Part shown: one piece after another, positions 50,256 to 62,705 of the stretch
How positions within the stretch are numbered: the first letter of the stretch is position 1
Layout of the letters: every line of letters starts with the position of its first letter
Source: Felis catus
Lineage: Eukaryota
Assembly (NCBI RefSeq): GCF_018350175.1
Contig: NC_058368.1
Location: 48,982,001-49,046,000 of the forward strand
Direction of reading: 5' to 3'
DNA length: 64,000 nt
The notes under the pieces: model-generated
What the model saw: only the letters and a program-made list of their open reading frames with translations
Databases searched by the model: none
What the model was told of the DNA's origin: nothing
Position numbers and translations under genes: made by a program

Positions 50256-52274
50256 CAGTGTTACAGAACACATGGAAGTGAAAAGAGAGAAAAGAGAAAA
50301 AACAAGGGAGGAGAAGGGAGGGAGAAAGGAGAACTGGCATCGAAGAGTGAAGAAACACCACCGTTGTGCACACTGTGGGGCTCACACTCCTACCTAGCTT
50401 TCTTCCTGGAATTGTTCATCAACAGAAGGGCTTAGCTAGGAGGAATAGGATTAAGTGTGGAATGAACTAAAGAGTCCAGGGGACTGTGTGTGATGCTAGT
50501 CAATGTTGAATGTTCTTTTGAATAACACCAAGTATGCTTTGGTTGGCTTATATTTCACTCATTTAATTTTTTAAATTTTATGTTAATTTTTGTTCAGATA
50601 ATATATTTACATAATTCCACATTCTAACGGTATAAACAGGGAAAAATCTGTCCACTCTTTTCCCCAACCACCTAGGTCCCCACTCTGGGAACAATCCAAT
50701 TTCATTAAATTTTCAATTGAGAAACTTTCATTAGGCCACCAGTAGAGACTTACGGGTCTTTAATTTCAACTTTCTGATTTTGGAACTCCGGTACAGCAAA
50801 GAGATAGTTTTGTGATATCCTTTTCAAATGTCTTTGTTACCTGTTATTTTCAATTTTTAATGGTGGTATAGTTATTCCCAGTGAATAAATTTTGGAAATT
50901 GGATAAATCCTTCAAGGATGCTGTTTTGTTGAGTTAACTTGTCAAGGTCTTATGTATTTTATGCAGACTGTATACATTATCTACACCAGAAGAGAAAATC
51001 TTTTATGAAGAAAAACCAGGTATGTTATATTTCATGTAGCCTTTGATCTATGAATTTGTCTTAGACTTGTGTTTCATCAAAGAAAAAAAAACAGCCTGAT
51101 ACAGTTTTATCTATCAAACCTAGATTCTTTAACACAGTCTGAGGAGACCAAATCATATTATGTTGGTCTGATTTGACTTTTCCAGGCAGTATATAGAAGG
51201 GTAAAAGGTCTCTGATTCTATCAAATATGCCCTGAAAAATAAATCTTGTGATTTGTTCATCCTCTCTCCATCTATCAAAATGAAACTAATAAGCAGTCCC
51301 AGATGCAGCAATAGAAAAATGAAAAAAAAAAAGTTTTTTTGCCCACACCAACCCAATAAAAACTAATATTTACCAGAAAGAGTGCTGATTGTCATTCTCC
51401 CCTCACACCTAACTCCACTGGCTTGAAGAAGAATTAACACAGGTGAAAGTGCAGATGCACTAAACTCTTCCATTAGCAGAGCTTTGCTGGTAAATATTGG
51501 ATTTAACCTAAAGGTTCAAATGTGGACACACACTAGACTGGTGAATAGTGGCATGCAACTCTGAATTATTCTTTTCAGGTTACTTTGCGGGAAAAAATTC
51601 CTCTGGAAGCCTTGGCTTTATAATCATACATTTCACATGTCGTTGACTTACAGTGCAAATGGTTCAGGAATGAGTTGTGTATGCAAGGCCATACATTTTT
51701 ACACATATGGGTATGTACAACAATTAGTATTGTGGCATGAGGGCACTATGACATCACTTTTAATGGACGTTTCTGTGTGTCACACTTAGGTGACTGAATT
51801 GGGCTAGTTTCATTAGCTCCCTCTCTTTTATGACATCATTGTGTTGTGAATGGCTAAGATGATTCTCAATTTACCAGGGATTATTACCTCAAAATGAAGG
51901 TGGAAGTGTAGATTAGGACTACAAATGTTAGGACATTTATCCTGCTATATGCGTGTAGTGGGTTGGTAGGGGCCAGTGTTGGGGAGGTCTCTATTCCATG
52001 GAGTCACTCAGGAATCCAGACTATCAGAGGATCCACCATCTTGTGGTTACACCACCTGGAACACACAGCACCCTCAGTCATCACAGCAGGAGAAAAGAAT
52101 GCATGGATAGCTCACATCTGTTCCTGTCACACACTGATCAGATTCTGTCTACTCTTCACTATATACAGAGCTGACTCCTGCTCTCACTCATGGAACCCTC
52201 ATCTCTTCCTCAAGACTTCCTCCAGGAGACCTCTCTATTTCCTTCTGTTTGACAATTCAAGCCCATTCAGTCTT

Positions 52275-52424
52275 TTTTTTTTTTTTTAATTTTTTTTTCA
52301 ACGTTTATTTATTTTTGGGACAGAGAGAGACAGAGCATGAACGGGGGAGGGGCAGAGAGAGAAGGAGACACAGAATCGGAAACAGGCTCCAGGCTCTGAG
52401 CCATCAGCCCAGAGCCCGACGCGG
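52275..52424 (-). mobile_element. 5'-truncated young SINEC_Fc with perfect 16-bp TSD
   Basis: TSD 'aagcccattcagtctt' at 52259-52274 and 52425-52440; element stops at 'cccgacgcgg' and lacks the tRNA-derived head. Confidence 0.96.
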
Positions 52425-53063
52425 AAGCCCATTCAGTCTTAGCACCAAACTAAAACCCTCAGACATCTGGGTGATTTATAACCGTTGTTATATTAGATGT
52501 GAATGTGGTTTGTCTTAGTCTAGAGCCTTTAAAATAATAAAATTATCTGCTCCCATCCACCTATATTGCTCCAATATACACACAATATAATGGCAAAACA
52601 GGGAAAAAGAAACCACAAAACTACAATTAACACTCCTCCCTCAGAAGGAAGAATAGGAAAGTATAGCAATCAGTAGTCTATACAATTCTGAAATCCCATT
52701 GGGCAGGTAGCATGGGGTGAATTAATGTCAGCTTTAAAAAAAACCCCAAAAAACCCTCAAAACCAGTAGCTCAGAGCAGAATACTTACTCTGGCTAAGGT
52801 TACATCCAGGAACAGGAATGTTCCCTGATTTGGCACTAAGCCTACTCTCTTGGAAGGGCTCTTTTATCTATTAAACTCTACAGTCCTTGATTTTGCCTTC
52901 TTGGCAGTTTTTCTATTTGCCCTTATTCTTCTTGGCCACCTCAGAGGTTGGCATTGGGTAATAGTCTCACCTTGGGGGCTGTGCAACTTTTTCAGTCCTC
53001 TTTCTGCTCAAGGAAGTTTCAGAACCCAAGAGTTGTTTCAAATGTTCAGGAAGTCATAGGATG

Positions 53064-53065
<2 letters not shown>

Positions 53066-53103
<38 letters not shown>
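53066..53103. repeat. Pure T38 homopolymer
   Basis: Directly visible. Confidence 0.95.
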
Positions 53104-53105
<2 letters not shown>

Positions 53106-55409
53106 CCATGTCTTAACTTCTTGGCAGTACAAATGTTACAAAATATATTAAATAATCTATTTTGATTCCAATGATTTCCAAATTCCAAAAACTACAAGCA
53201 CAATTCTTTATGAGATACATTTTGCAAACCTGTTATATAGTTTTGCTTTTTCTCTCTTAATATTACATAGTGACTTTCTGGGGAAAAGTTATGCCTCTAA
53301 TCTTATCTTTTTCTTGAGCCTCTTTACCCACTGTCAGGTTACACTGAGTTGTACAGAGGCTTTACCTGGCAGGCCTCTGTAGGAAGCTACCATCCCCACA
53401 CCACACTTGGTGCATGACCAATGCATTACAGACTCTGTAGAAGTTGCAGTCAAGGACTCTGGTCCCTCTGGCCAGTCATGCTCTTTCCCATGGTTGCATT
53501 CCTAGCCTAGGTGCCTTCGTTCCTAGTCTCTTTATCTGAGGCTTTGAGCAGAATCTTCTTTAGGTGCTTCTGCTAAGACCTCCTTATGGGGGGAGGAGGG
53601 AGACACCTTGAAGACACCTTTCCCCATTCTCAGTACCCACTCTTTTTCTACTCCTAGTCATTCCCTGTCACCCCCAACCTCTGTGACCTCAGAGCCAGAG
53701 TCCATACCACAAAACTTCATACAGTGAGATAATCTATACACATATGCTGTTCTACCTGACCCCAGACAGATGTGCTGTTCCATGGGGGAAAATGAAACAG
53801 GGATGGTCAGTGCTCCCTCTGCTGTTACACGTCTTCTCAGCCATCACAGTAAATGGTTAAAGGCTTAATCATTCATTGTAAACTTGCTGTTTTAACTGGC
53901 CACTCGGATACCTGACAGCCTAGCTTTTCTTTCTCTTCCAGCTCAGCTTAGCTTGTGATGAAAGGAGCACACTGGGAGCGGAAATTAAACTGGAAGCTGT
54001 GGACCCCACTGAATTTCCTTAAAGTAAACTTGTAGGCCAGTTTCAGAAGAAGAAGGATAACTGATCCTAGCAAACAACATTTTCACTGATTCATTTCTCA
54101 AACTCTACTTGATTTCTCCTGAATTTTAGCTTTCATGGGTGCCATCTTTGGTAAGCTCCCCATGGTTGGAAGTGGCTTTGAAGTGATATCTGCTACATGC
54201 CTACCATATCATGAAATAGATATGTTATTACCCCATAAACTTATCCAAAGAACATAAATACTAATCGAATACCAGCATCCTACCTGCCATACATACTGTT
54301 GTGTTTGCTGAACCACTGACTGACAGAATGGTATGAATGACCAGATAACCACATAGGAACCTCAATACTGAGTCTTGGAATGAGAGCAGAGAGTAGCAGT
54401 GAGCAGAGTAGATGTGGGGATTGTGCAGTCTGACAGGGGAAAGAGAAGAAACAGAACAGCAGGCTGGAGGTAGGAGAGGAAAAAACACAGGAAGTAGAAA
54501 AGGCAATGCCTTCTGTTTCTACCTCAAAAAATCAATTCTCTGTCTCCTGATTGATGTTTCACAAAGCTTAATACGCTTCTGAAGAACGAGACCAGGAAAT
54601 TGGAGAATGTCCTCAGCACTACCCTGCTGAGTTTCACCAAGTCTAGTTTGAATGAAATGAAAAATCAAAGTATAGGTATGTTTCATTTTCAACGGAAGCT
54701 TCAAGGGTTTTCCCCTTCATTTTTTTTTCCTCCATAAAGATTTTACCCTTTGAATAAACTAATATGACACCTGGGTCTACATTCATCCTCTCCCTTCAGC
54801 AAACAATGATTTTGACCAATGTTATTCTGGATATTTCATTGTCTTGTCAACAACAACATAGTAATTGGTATGAATGTCTGAAAATCAAAGCCTTTCAGAA
54901 ATGATAGGCTTAATTTAGTCCCACTGGCATGGCTCTCATTAAATCAGTGAGGATTGTGTAGTACAAATGTCCATATTCCTTTAGTCATCACTGTAACAAC
55001 CTCAATGAGCCTCGTTGAAAATGTACACGACAGGTCAGGTAGGTAATGCTGTTGCCCAAATAAAGAGAAAATGGAAAGTGAGAGCAAGATAGTATAACAT
55101 TTACCTTACAGAGATCATTAAGTAATCATTACTTGAATAAATTATGCATTTTGTATAATCTGAAATATTCTGTATTTAAGAGCCTTGGAAAGACAAATAC
55201 ACATTTCACTTAATGTTAAAAGATTCTGAGTTAAGGCTTAAAGGAATCGTTACTGTCTGCTAACGTGGGTCCCTTGGATTACTTTAGGCAAGAATGCTTA
55301 AATGATCTCTTTAGTGAACACCATGAGGTAGATTTCTGCCTCCAAGGCTGCTACCATCATAATCTCTACTCTTTTGGTGCCCATTCCCAGAACACATGCA
55401 CCCCCGCAT

Positions 55410-55974
55410 TGCTATAGTGTGAATATTTCTGTCCCTCCCAAATTCATATGTTAAAATCCTAACCCTCAATACAATGGTATTAGGGGGTGGGGCACTGGGA
55501 GGCAATTGGGTCATGGGGAGGTGAAGCTCTTATTAAAAGAGATCACAGAGAACTTCCTCCTTCCTTCTGCTATGTCAGAACACAAAAGACAGCTACGTAT
55601 GAACCAAGAAGCAGAGCCTCACCACATATCCAAATCTGCCAGCGCCTTGCTCTTGCACTTCTTAGCCTGAAAAACAAATGTTTTTGGGGCGCCTGGGTGG
55701 CTCAGGTGGTTAAGCATCTGACTTCGGCTCGGGTCATGATCTCACGGTTTGTGAGTTGGAGCCCCGCGTTGGGCTCTGTGCTGAGAGCTCAGAGCCTGGA
55801 GCCTGCTTCAGATTCTGTGTCTCCCTCTCTTTCTGTTCCTTCCCTGCTCATGCTCTGTCTCCCTCTGTCTCTCAAAAATAAACATTAAAAAATAATAAAA
55901 ACAAATGTTTTTGTTTAAGACACCTATCTACCTTGTTGTTGTTGTTTTTATAGCAGCATGAATGGACTAAGGCA
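55410..55974 (+). mobile_element. MLT1A/B-type MaLR solo LTR split by a SINE
   Basis: Starts 'tgctatagtgtgaat...ccaaattcatatgttaaaatcctaacc', ends 'tatagcagcatgaatggactaaggca'. Confidence 0.88.
55686..55896 (+). mobile_element. SINEC nested in an MLT1 LTR, with TSD
   Basis: 'aaaacaaatgttttt' on both sides. Confidence 0.95.
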
Positions 55975-56561
55975 TATGCCTATATACGTGCATACACATA
56001 CAGACTCTAATATAGAAAGCATGGCTTTAATGCATAGAAATCTCTCCAGAAGAACAGTATTGTGTTACTGACAAGAGACCTGGAAGAAGAAGCCATAATT
56101 AGTGCAGATAAATAGGAAATAGAATGGATATATGGAGGAAAAAAACATGAGATAATAGGGACAAGTTGTGAGAAGATATGAATGTACGGGGGAAAGAGAA
56201 TGACAAACATCAGAGAGAGGTCAGAGCAGAATCCAGAGATGGAGTCTAGGGCAACATGTACATAGAACCCCAAGGGTGCCTTAGTTTGTCACAAAGTACA
56301 GAATAGAATTTAAATCTCATCCAATGGAATATAATTACTGAAATAACAAAAGGCATTTTAAACTATAAGACTGTCTCAGAGATTAATGGTTGAAAAAGTG
56401 AGGAAGGCATAAGCTTGGTCCTTAAGGGTACAGCAGGGTTCTCTAGATCTAGTGGATTTCCTAAAATAAATGATATTGAGGATTCTGAAAGGCTTGATGG
56501 TGTGGTACCCAGGAGAGCGTATTAAGATTGGAATAGGCTGTTTATAAAAAACTGAGGGCAG

Positions 56562-56780
56562 GGGCGCCTGGGTGGCTCAGTCGGTTGAGCGTCCGACTTC
56601 AGCTCAGGTCATGATCTCACGGTCCATGAGTTCGGGCCCCGCATCGGGCTCTGGGCTGATGGCTCAGAGCCTGGAGCCTGCTTCCGATTCTGTGTCTCCC
56701 TCTCTCTCTGCCCCTGCCCCGTTCATGCTGTCTCTCTCTGTCTCAAAAATGAATAAAACGTTAAAAAAAATTAAAAAAAA
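56562..56780 (+). mobile_element. SINEC_Fc with TSD
   Basis: 'aaaaactgagggca' on both sides. Confidence 0.96.
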
Positions 56781-58304
56781 AAACTGAGGGCAAAACGGAA
56801 TGGTTTGGAGGTCCCTCAAAGGAATTAAAATGCTCCAAGTGTGTTCCATGTCTGCCTTTCTAGAGGAAACAGAGCAGTTTATGAAGGTGTGTCACCATTG
56901 CACAGTGAAAGTGAAGACAAACATCTTCCTTCATCAACAGGCCAAGTAGTGCACTCAAGAGCACAGTAGGCGAGGAGGAGGGCGCTCAGCCCTGGTGACT
57001 ACAGCAAGAACATCTGGCCTGTCTTGAGAGTTCTCTTGCTGGGTTGTACAAACTCAAGACTATTTCCCATTTAGTATTGTGACCAGGCCCATTGACTTTT
57101 GTGATTCAAAACAGCCTAAGGATTCCCAGATGAGGCAATGGTTGCAACAGTACAAACCATGAGTTTAATCAACTCATGCAGCAGAGGAAGGTTGGGTCAT
57201 GCTCAGAGCAAAAAGCTTCAAATTTAAAATAAACCAACATGGAAAGAGAAAGGCATCATTGTTTCAGAGGCTGTAAATAATGCAGCAATTTTCCAGGAAG
57301 AAGCCAGTTTTTTAAGACCATGTTTGCAAGTCGAGCTGTGAGAAACTACATCATGACCAGAAAGCTAGTATTCTTATCTTTTAAAATTAAAAACTGTCTG
57401 AAATTCATATGTCACTGCATCCCCGAGGAGATAGGAGCAGTTGATTTTGGTCTGGAACTTGATGCTTTGCAGTTTCTCAGACATGTGATGTGGAAATATC
57501 CACTCCTATTTAAGGGGCTGGGACACTTACAAATGCCCCATTTAATTATTTCAGTAAGTTCTGTTCTTGCCTCTCACAAATTGTACTTTGTAACATTTGA
57601 TTGGCAAAGCTTTTAGCAGCCAGTTTCTTAAAAATTGGAAATTCACCCTTGCTGGGCTCAGACACATTAAAATTATGAGTGATGGAAGAATAAAGTACAC
57701 TGAAAAGTGGCCGGGATTAAGCTGTAGGATGTTGGATGGGCATGAATGCCTGAGGATGCATTCGACGGATTCACTGGATCACAGCCCGAAGCAATGTAAC
57801 ATCACAGTAGAGAGCTGAGGAACAACTATAGCTGAGAGAATGTGCTAGTATGTGGCAGTCAAGGACAGGGTGACTTAGTTTGAGCAAAATTGCTGTCTAC
57901 AGTATAAGAGCACATTCTTGAAATAGCAACAAAGCCTGTGGCATAGTCACAAGCAACAGATATTAGGACAACGCTTTAAGTCTTGCAAATGTGATATGGC
58001 TTCATAGTCAGATGTTATTTATTTAGCTATTCCTGCATTCAGGTAGAAAAATCATTAGTCCATTGTCTTCATTTTCAAAATAAATTAGTTTTAGGTTTGT
58101 AGAAGGACAGACACAAGTTATACAACCCTAGGATAACATTATTTGATGAAAAACAGAATTAGGATGGAGAAAATAAGACATATCCATGTTGAATGAAATG
58201 GATTAAACAAAATGACTGTTAAATTATGAGGCAGACTTACAAATTGGTTTTGTGCCATGTGTTCCACAAAAAGTTTATAATTAGGGATATTGATAGATTG
58301 TAAA

Positions 58305-58730
58305 AATGTCCACTGGTTATTTCATAACCTCTTCCACGGCTTCGTAGTGCTGTCCCACATTGACTCTAGAACCTCATTATTTCTGGTAATTTGCATTGTC
58401 CAGTGAGACACTAGCAAGCGCAATGTGAGCAGGACTTGGAAAGCATTTGCATATTGGGGCTTGCTTTCATGTTTCTACCTGGAACCCTGGGACCGCCATG
58501 TGAAGAAGCATAGACTAGCTCACTAGATCATGAAATGAGCCATCTAAGCTGAGGTCCTCCCAGACTAACAAAGTGCCAACTGCAGGACATGTGAGTGAGA
58601 CTGTCTTGGACAGCCCAGTCCCAATTGAGCTGACTCTGAAGAACTGCCAAGCCAAACCACAGAATCATAAAAAAAAGAATCATGTTAAACAACTAAATTT
58701 GGACGTTTTTTTATTATGCAGCAAATGCTT
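58305..58730 (+). mobile_element. MLT1 (F/G/H-like) MaLR LTR
   Basis: 'ccgccatgtgaagaagc...agctagct', 'catgtgagtgagactgtcttgga', 'aagaactgccaagc', 'ttatgcagcaa'. Confidence 0.7.
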
Positions 58731-58774
58731 ATCATTACATCCTTTAATAATAATAATACTGATATCTACCAACA

Positions 58775-58985
58775 ATTGAGAATTGAGGGGCTCCTATCTG
58801 ATGTGCCAGGCACTACGATAGATGATTGATATCTAACCTTTAAATAAGGTAGGTGTTCATAATACCATTTACAAATGGTATCATTTATATTGTGAGATAG
58901 GAATCTAGTCATGTGAATAGTAAATAACAATGTCAAGATTTATCCCCAGTTCTGCCAGATTATGAGTTCCATGCCCTTTCCATAT
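58775..58985 (-). mobile_element. MIR (degraded)
   Basis: 'atgtgccaggcact', 'ggtaggtg...ccattttacaaatg', 'aagatttatccccag'. Confidence 0.55.
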
Positions 58986-59587
58986 TGCCAGGATGCTGAT
59001 GGGGGCTTGTGTTGAGGAGGGGGGTGAGGCACAGACTTAGATGGGCTTCCCACATTTACTCCACATGGTAAAGCATCTCACACTCAACCGTAATCTCTTT
59101 ATTTGTCTAGTGCCTAGCTGAGCAAAAGCTTGAGTCAGGGAGATCACAGGACATGAAATTGAGTTCACACTGGATTCATTAATACTAGATCTGGTTGGAG
59201 AGTTGTGTTTGCTCTGTGGGAAAAGAAGGGAATAGCTATTATAGAAAAATAAAACCGTTTCATCACAAATTCAGACCTTTCACTTAAGTAATGATATTTG
59301 ATTAATTAGAAGTTAGAGCTCTATTATGTTATGAGGCCAAACCTTCTCTTTTATTATAATATATTTTAGCAATATTTTCTGGTATATGTATTCACAGAAT
59401 ACTGAGGATTCATAAAACTTCTATTTGGAGAAAACTCTAGACCCTAAAAGTGAGAGTTATTTTTCTTACAAAGGTCCAGGGGTTTGGATTATTTAGGAGA
59501 GGAGAGAATATGCAGGAATACAAATGATTATTCACTGTATTTTAAAAATAAATAATTTTATGTAAGTGAATACAAAAATTTTATTTA

Positions 59588-59799
59588 GGGGCGCCTGGGT
59601 GGCTTAGTCGGTTAAGCGTCCGACTTTGGCTCAGGTCACGATCTCGCGGTCCGCGAGTTCGAGCCCCGTGTCTGGCTCTGGGCTGATGGCTCAGAGCCTG
59701 GAGCCTGCTTCCGATTCTGTGTCTCCCTCTCTCTCTGCCCCTCCCCCGTTCATGCTGTGTCTCTCTCTGTCTCAAAAATAAATAAACATAAAAAAATTT
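59588..59799 (+). mobile_element. Young SINEC_Fc with 15-bp TSD
   Basis: 'caaaaattttattta' at 59573-59587 and 59800-59814. Confidence 0.96.
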
Positions 59800-60724
59800 C
59801 AAAAATTTTATTTAAATGAATTATACAATTTTACTTAAATGAACACTTAAATCAAATTATTTAAATAAATAAAATTAATCGTTGAATAGGACATTTATTT
59901 GAAGAAGGAAATTCCAACAACAAACCAGTCCATTCCTTTGCTTTTAATGCAACCCTTTATGACTCTTTTCGAAAGTTGGGACTCCATTTTTAATCTAAAT
60001 CTCCTTAGGCAAGTCTGTAAGAAAACACTCTTTACCCTGTAGGTGATAATGAAATAAAAAAAGCCTATCTTAAGATGTTTATTTGCTCTTTTTGTAGGTT
60101 TAATGTATTTCCTTTTTCATTTATTAAATTTCTATCAACAACATATATTAAACTATGCCTTTCTCTGTACAGTAGTGATTTAAAAAGGGGTAGAGGAATA
60201 TAAATCTGAAAAGAAAATATTAAAAGATATAAAGCTGTCTCAATTCTCGCAAATACTAAGTGAACATAATATAGTGTCAAAGAATTAGGTGGGATAAGCA
60301 ACTAAAAATTTATAAACTCTTTACTATGACTTATCCCTGCAAACAGACATACACACATCAAAGAGATGATCATTGCTATGTTAATTAGGATCAATCTAAC
60401 CACTATTACCAAGAAAAGTCTCCAGATCTCAGTCATTTAACAAAATAGAATTTTATTTCTCACTCACTTAAATTCTAGCTAGTTGCTCTAAACTTTAAAG
60501 GTCTTAAATTTCTGGGTTCTTTCTATTGCTTTCAATTTTTGCTGGCAAACCAGCCAGCTCTCCCTGAGTTTATATCTCCCCTGTGATACTTTGCTGAAGG
60601 AATAAAACAAGGGCAGGCGTACACGGTTTCTCTGACTCCTATCACTTCTCCAGGTACAGGAGGGATGTGATCTGCCTTCCAGTTCATCACAGGTGACAAT
60701 TTCCCTGGATATTGTTTCTTAGTT

Positions 60725-62100
60725 TTCTTTTATCTGAAAATGCCTATTTTGCCTTCATTCATCCAGGATTCACTGGATTCTAGGTTGACAGGTTTTCCAC
60801 CCTTTCTCCCCTACACACCTTTTTTTCAGCATTTCAAAGATGTTGTTGCACTGTCCTCCAGTCTCCATCATTTCTGATGAGAAGTCCGAGGTCACTGGAA
60901 TTGTTGTTTCCCTGTGTGTGATGTGTCATTTTTCACTGGCTGTTTTCAAGATTGTCTCTTTGTCTTTGGTTAGCAGTTTGACTATGCTAAGCCTAAGTGT
61001 GGTGATATATGCATTTTACTTTCTTGAGCTTTGGCAAACTTCTTAAATCTGTAAGACTTTGTCTTTTACAAAATTTAGGAAAAATTTGGCCATTATTTCT
61101 TCAAATATTTTATCCTGCTCTATTTTTCATCCCCTTCTGGAACTCTTGTCACACATGTTCTATTTTTTATATTGTTCTACAGGTGCCTGAAACTATTTTC
61201 GTTTTCTTCCTTTTTTTCTGGTTTTCAGATTGAATAATTTGTGTTGATCTATCTTCAAGTTCATGACTACTCTGTCATCTCCCTCGCCTAAACCCATCCT
61301 GTGCATTTTTAATTTCAGATCTCCTTTCCAGTTCCAGAATTTCCATAGATTCTTATAGTATCTGTTTCTCTGCTAAAATTTTCTGCATTTTTACTCATTA
61401 CAAGGATTTTTCCTTCACATTTATGAGCTCAGCTATAAGAGCTGTTTTGAAATTCTTGTTCGCTGAATCCAACATGTGGGTCATCACAGAGGTAGTCCCT
61501 ATTGATTCCCTTTTTTCTTAACAATAAATTATATTTCCTTGTTTCTTTGTATTTTTTAGTGTTTTGGGGTTTGAGTGGTTAAAGTGGGGACTCTGGATGC
61601 TATCATCTTGCTTTGCCAGATTTTATTTTTATTTTTGTTTTTGTAGTAGTAGTTTGGTTGGACTCAAACTGAAAAATCCATTTCTTGGGTAGGAGGTTAA
61701 AATAACATTTCAGATCTTTAGTTATTAGTTATACTGCTTCGTCTCTTCCCCATATGTATGGTTCAGAGGTCAGCCAGAGACTTGGGCAGACTTTCTATAC
61801 AGAATCTGAAGTTCTACCTCTCAGGATGTTTTCTTTCCGGGATTCCTTCTTACTTTGCACTGGTTGTGGTCACCCAAAATCTATCCCTAGGTTCTTCATC
61901 CTGGAAAATCTGTGGGCTTCCTATCGAAGTTGTTGTCGGTCACTCAGCCCATCACCAACTGGAAACTCTTCTTAGGCTAAAAGGCATAAAAATGGAAAAT
62001 TCTTCTTGCGACCATTATCTTCTTACAGGTGTCGCATCCTTTTCAGAATCTGCCTGGTTTTGTTCGCTCTCTAGTGCATTCAGGTAAACACTTTTTCGTT
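60725..62100 (-). mobile_element. Ancient L1M (L1ME-like) ORF1/5' region, antisense
   Basis: 'ttctaggttgacagg', 'tttctgatgagaagtc', 'ttggccattatttcttcaaatattt', 'gatctatcttcaagttca' are typical antisense old ORF1 text. Confidence 0.75.
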
Positions 62101-62304
62101 TTTCATGGTTATCTGAGGAAGGAGTCAATATGGTTTGGCCAATCTGGAAGCACAGGCATTGTTACCAAATGCTCTGCCCCTTCATAACATGAGCCTCTAT
62201 TTTCCAAACTCTGGTATCAGTTTCCTGTCAACATCAGAGCACTAAGCTAGGCTCCACAGTTTAGGTTTTCCTACAGAAGCATCTCACTTTAGGGCATACA
62301 TTTT

Positions 62305-62705
62305 TGTATTAATTAAGATAATACCAGACTGTCAGATAAGCTCCCTCAACTTGGTAGCTTAATACAATTTAAAAATTTTAGTTTTTCTCATGTAACAGCA
62401 CAGTGTGGGTCTTCCTGTCGGGTGGCTTCCTTTGAAGTGATAAATCATGGACCCAGGCTGGTGCTTTCATGTAGATCCAGCATACTGAACATGTGTTCTG
62501 GAAGGCTATCTCCATTCCAGCCAGCTGGTGAGGCAAAGCCATGGGAGACACCTGGAAGTGGTATGTCCTATTTCTGACCACATTCCAGTGCTTAAGACTC
62601 AATCTCACGGTAAAATTTCACTGTAAGGAAAGGTGGGAGATGCAGTCCTTGTGTGTTACCAGGAGGAAAGAGGAATGGATTTGGACAAAAGATAGCCAGT
62701 CTTTT
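62305..62705 (-). mobile_element. Old MLT1 (J/K-like) LTR
   Basis: 'catggacccaggct', 'cacattccagtgcttaagactcaatctcacgg...gggagatgcagtcc', 'gatagccagtct'. Confidence 0.55.

Larger units (their letters stand above)
51960..53330 (-). mobile_element. Old MLT1 LTR plus probable MLT1-internal sequence, interrupted by a SINE and poly-T
   Basis: 'gtcactcaggaatccagact...ccaccatcttg'; 'cacaatataatggcaaaacaggg...aattctgaaatccca' resembles MLT1-int; edges approximate. Confidence 0.45.

Noticed and set aside
53340..53830. Possible ERVL-type LTR ending 'tgttaca'
   Set aside because: I could not recognise the family or define the boundaries with enough confidence.
1..59799. tRNA-like A/B-box sequences
   Set aside because: They are tRNA-derived SINE heads followed by CT tracts and A tails, not tRNA genes.
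520..59802. Many 60-130 aa ORFs sharing text such as AQVMIS...SLEPASDSVSPSLS or RETEHERGRGRERG
   Set aside because: These are translations of SINEC copies, not a protein family.
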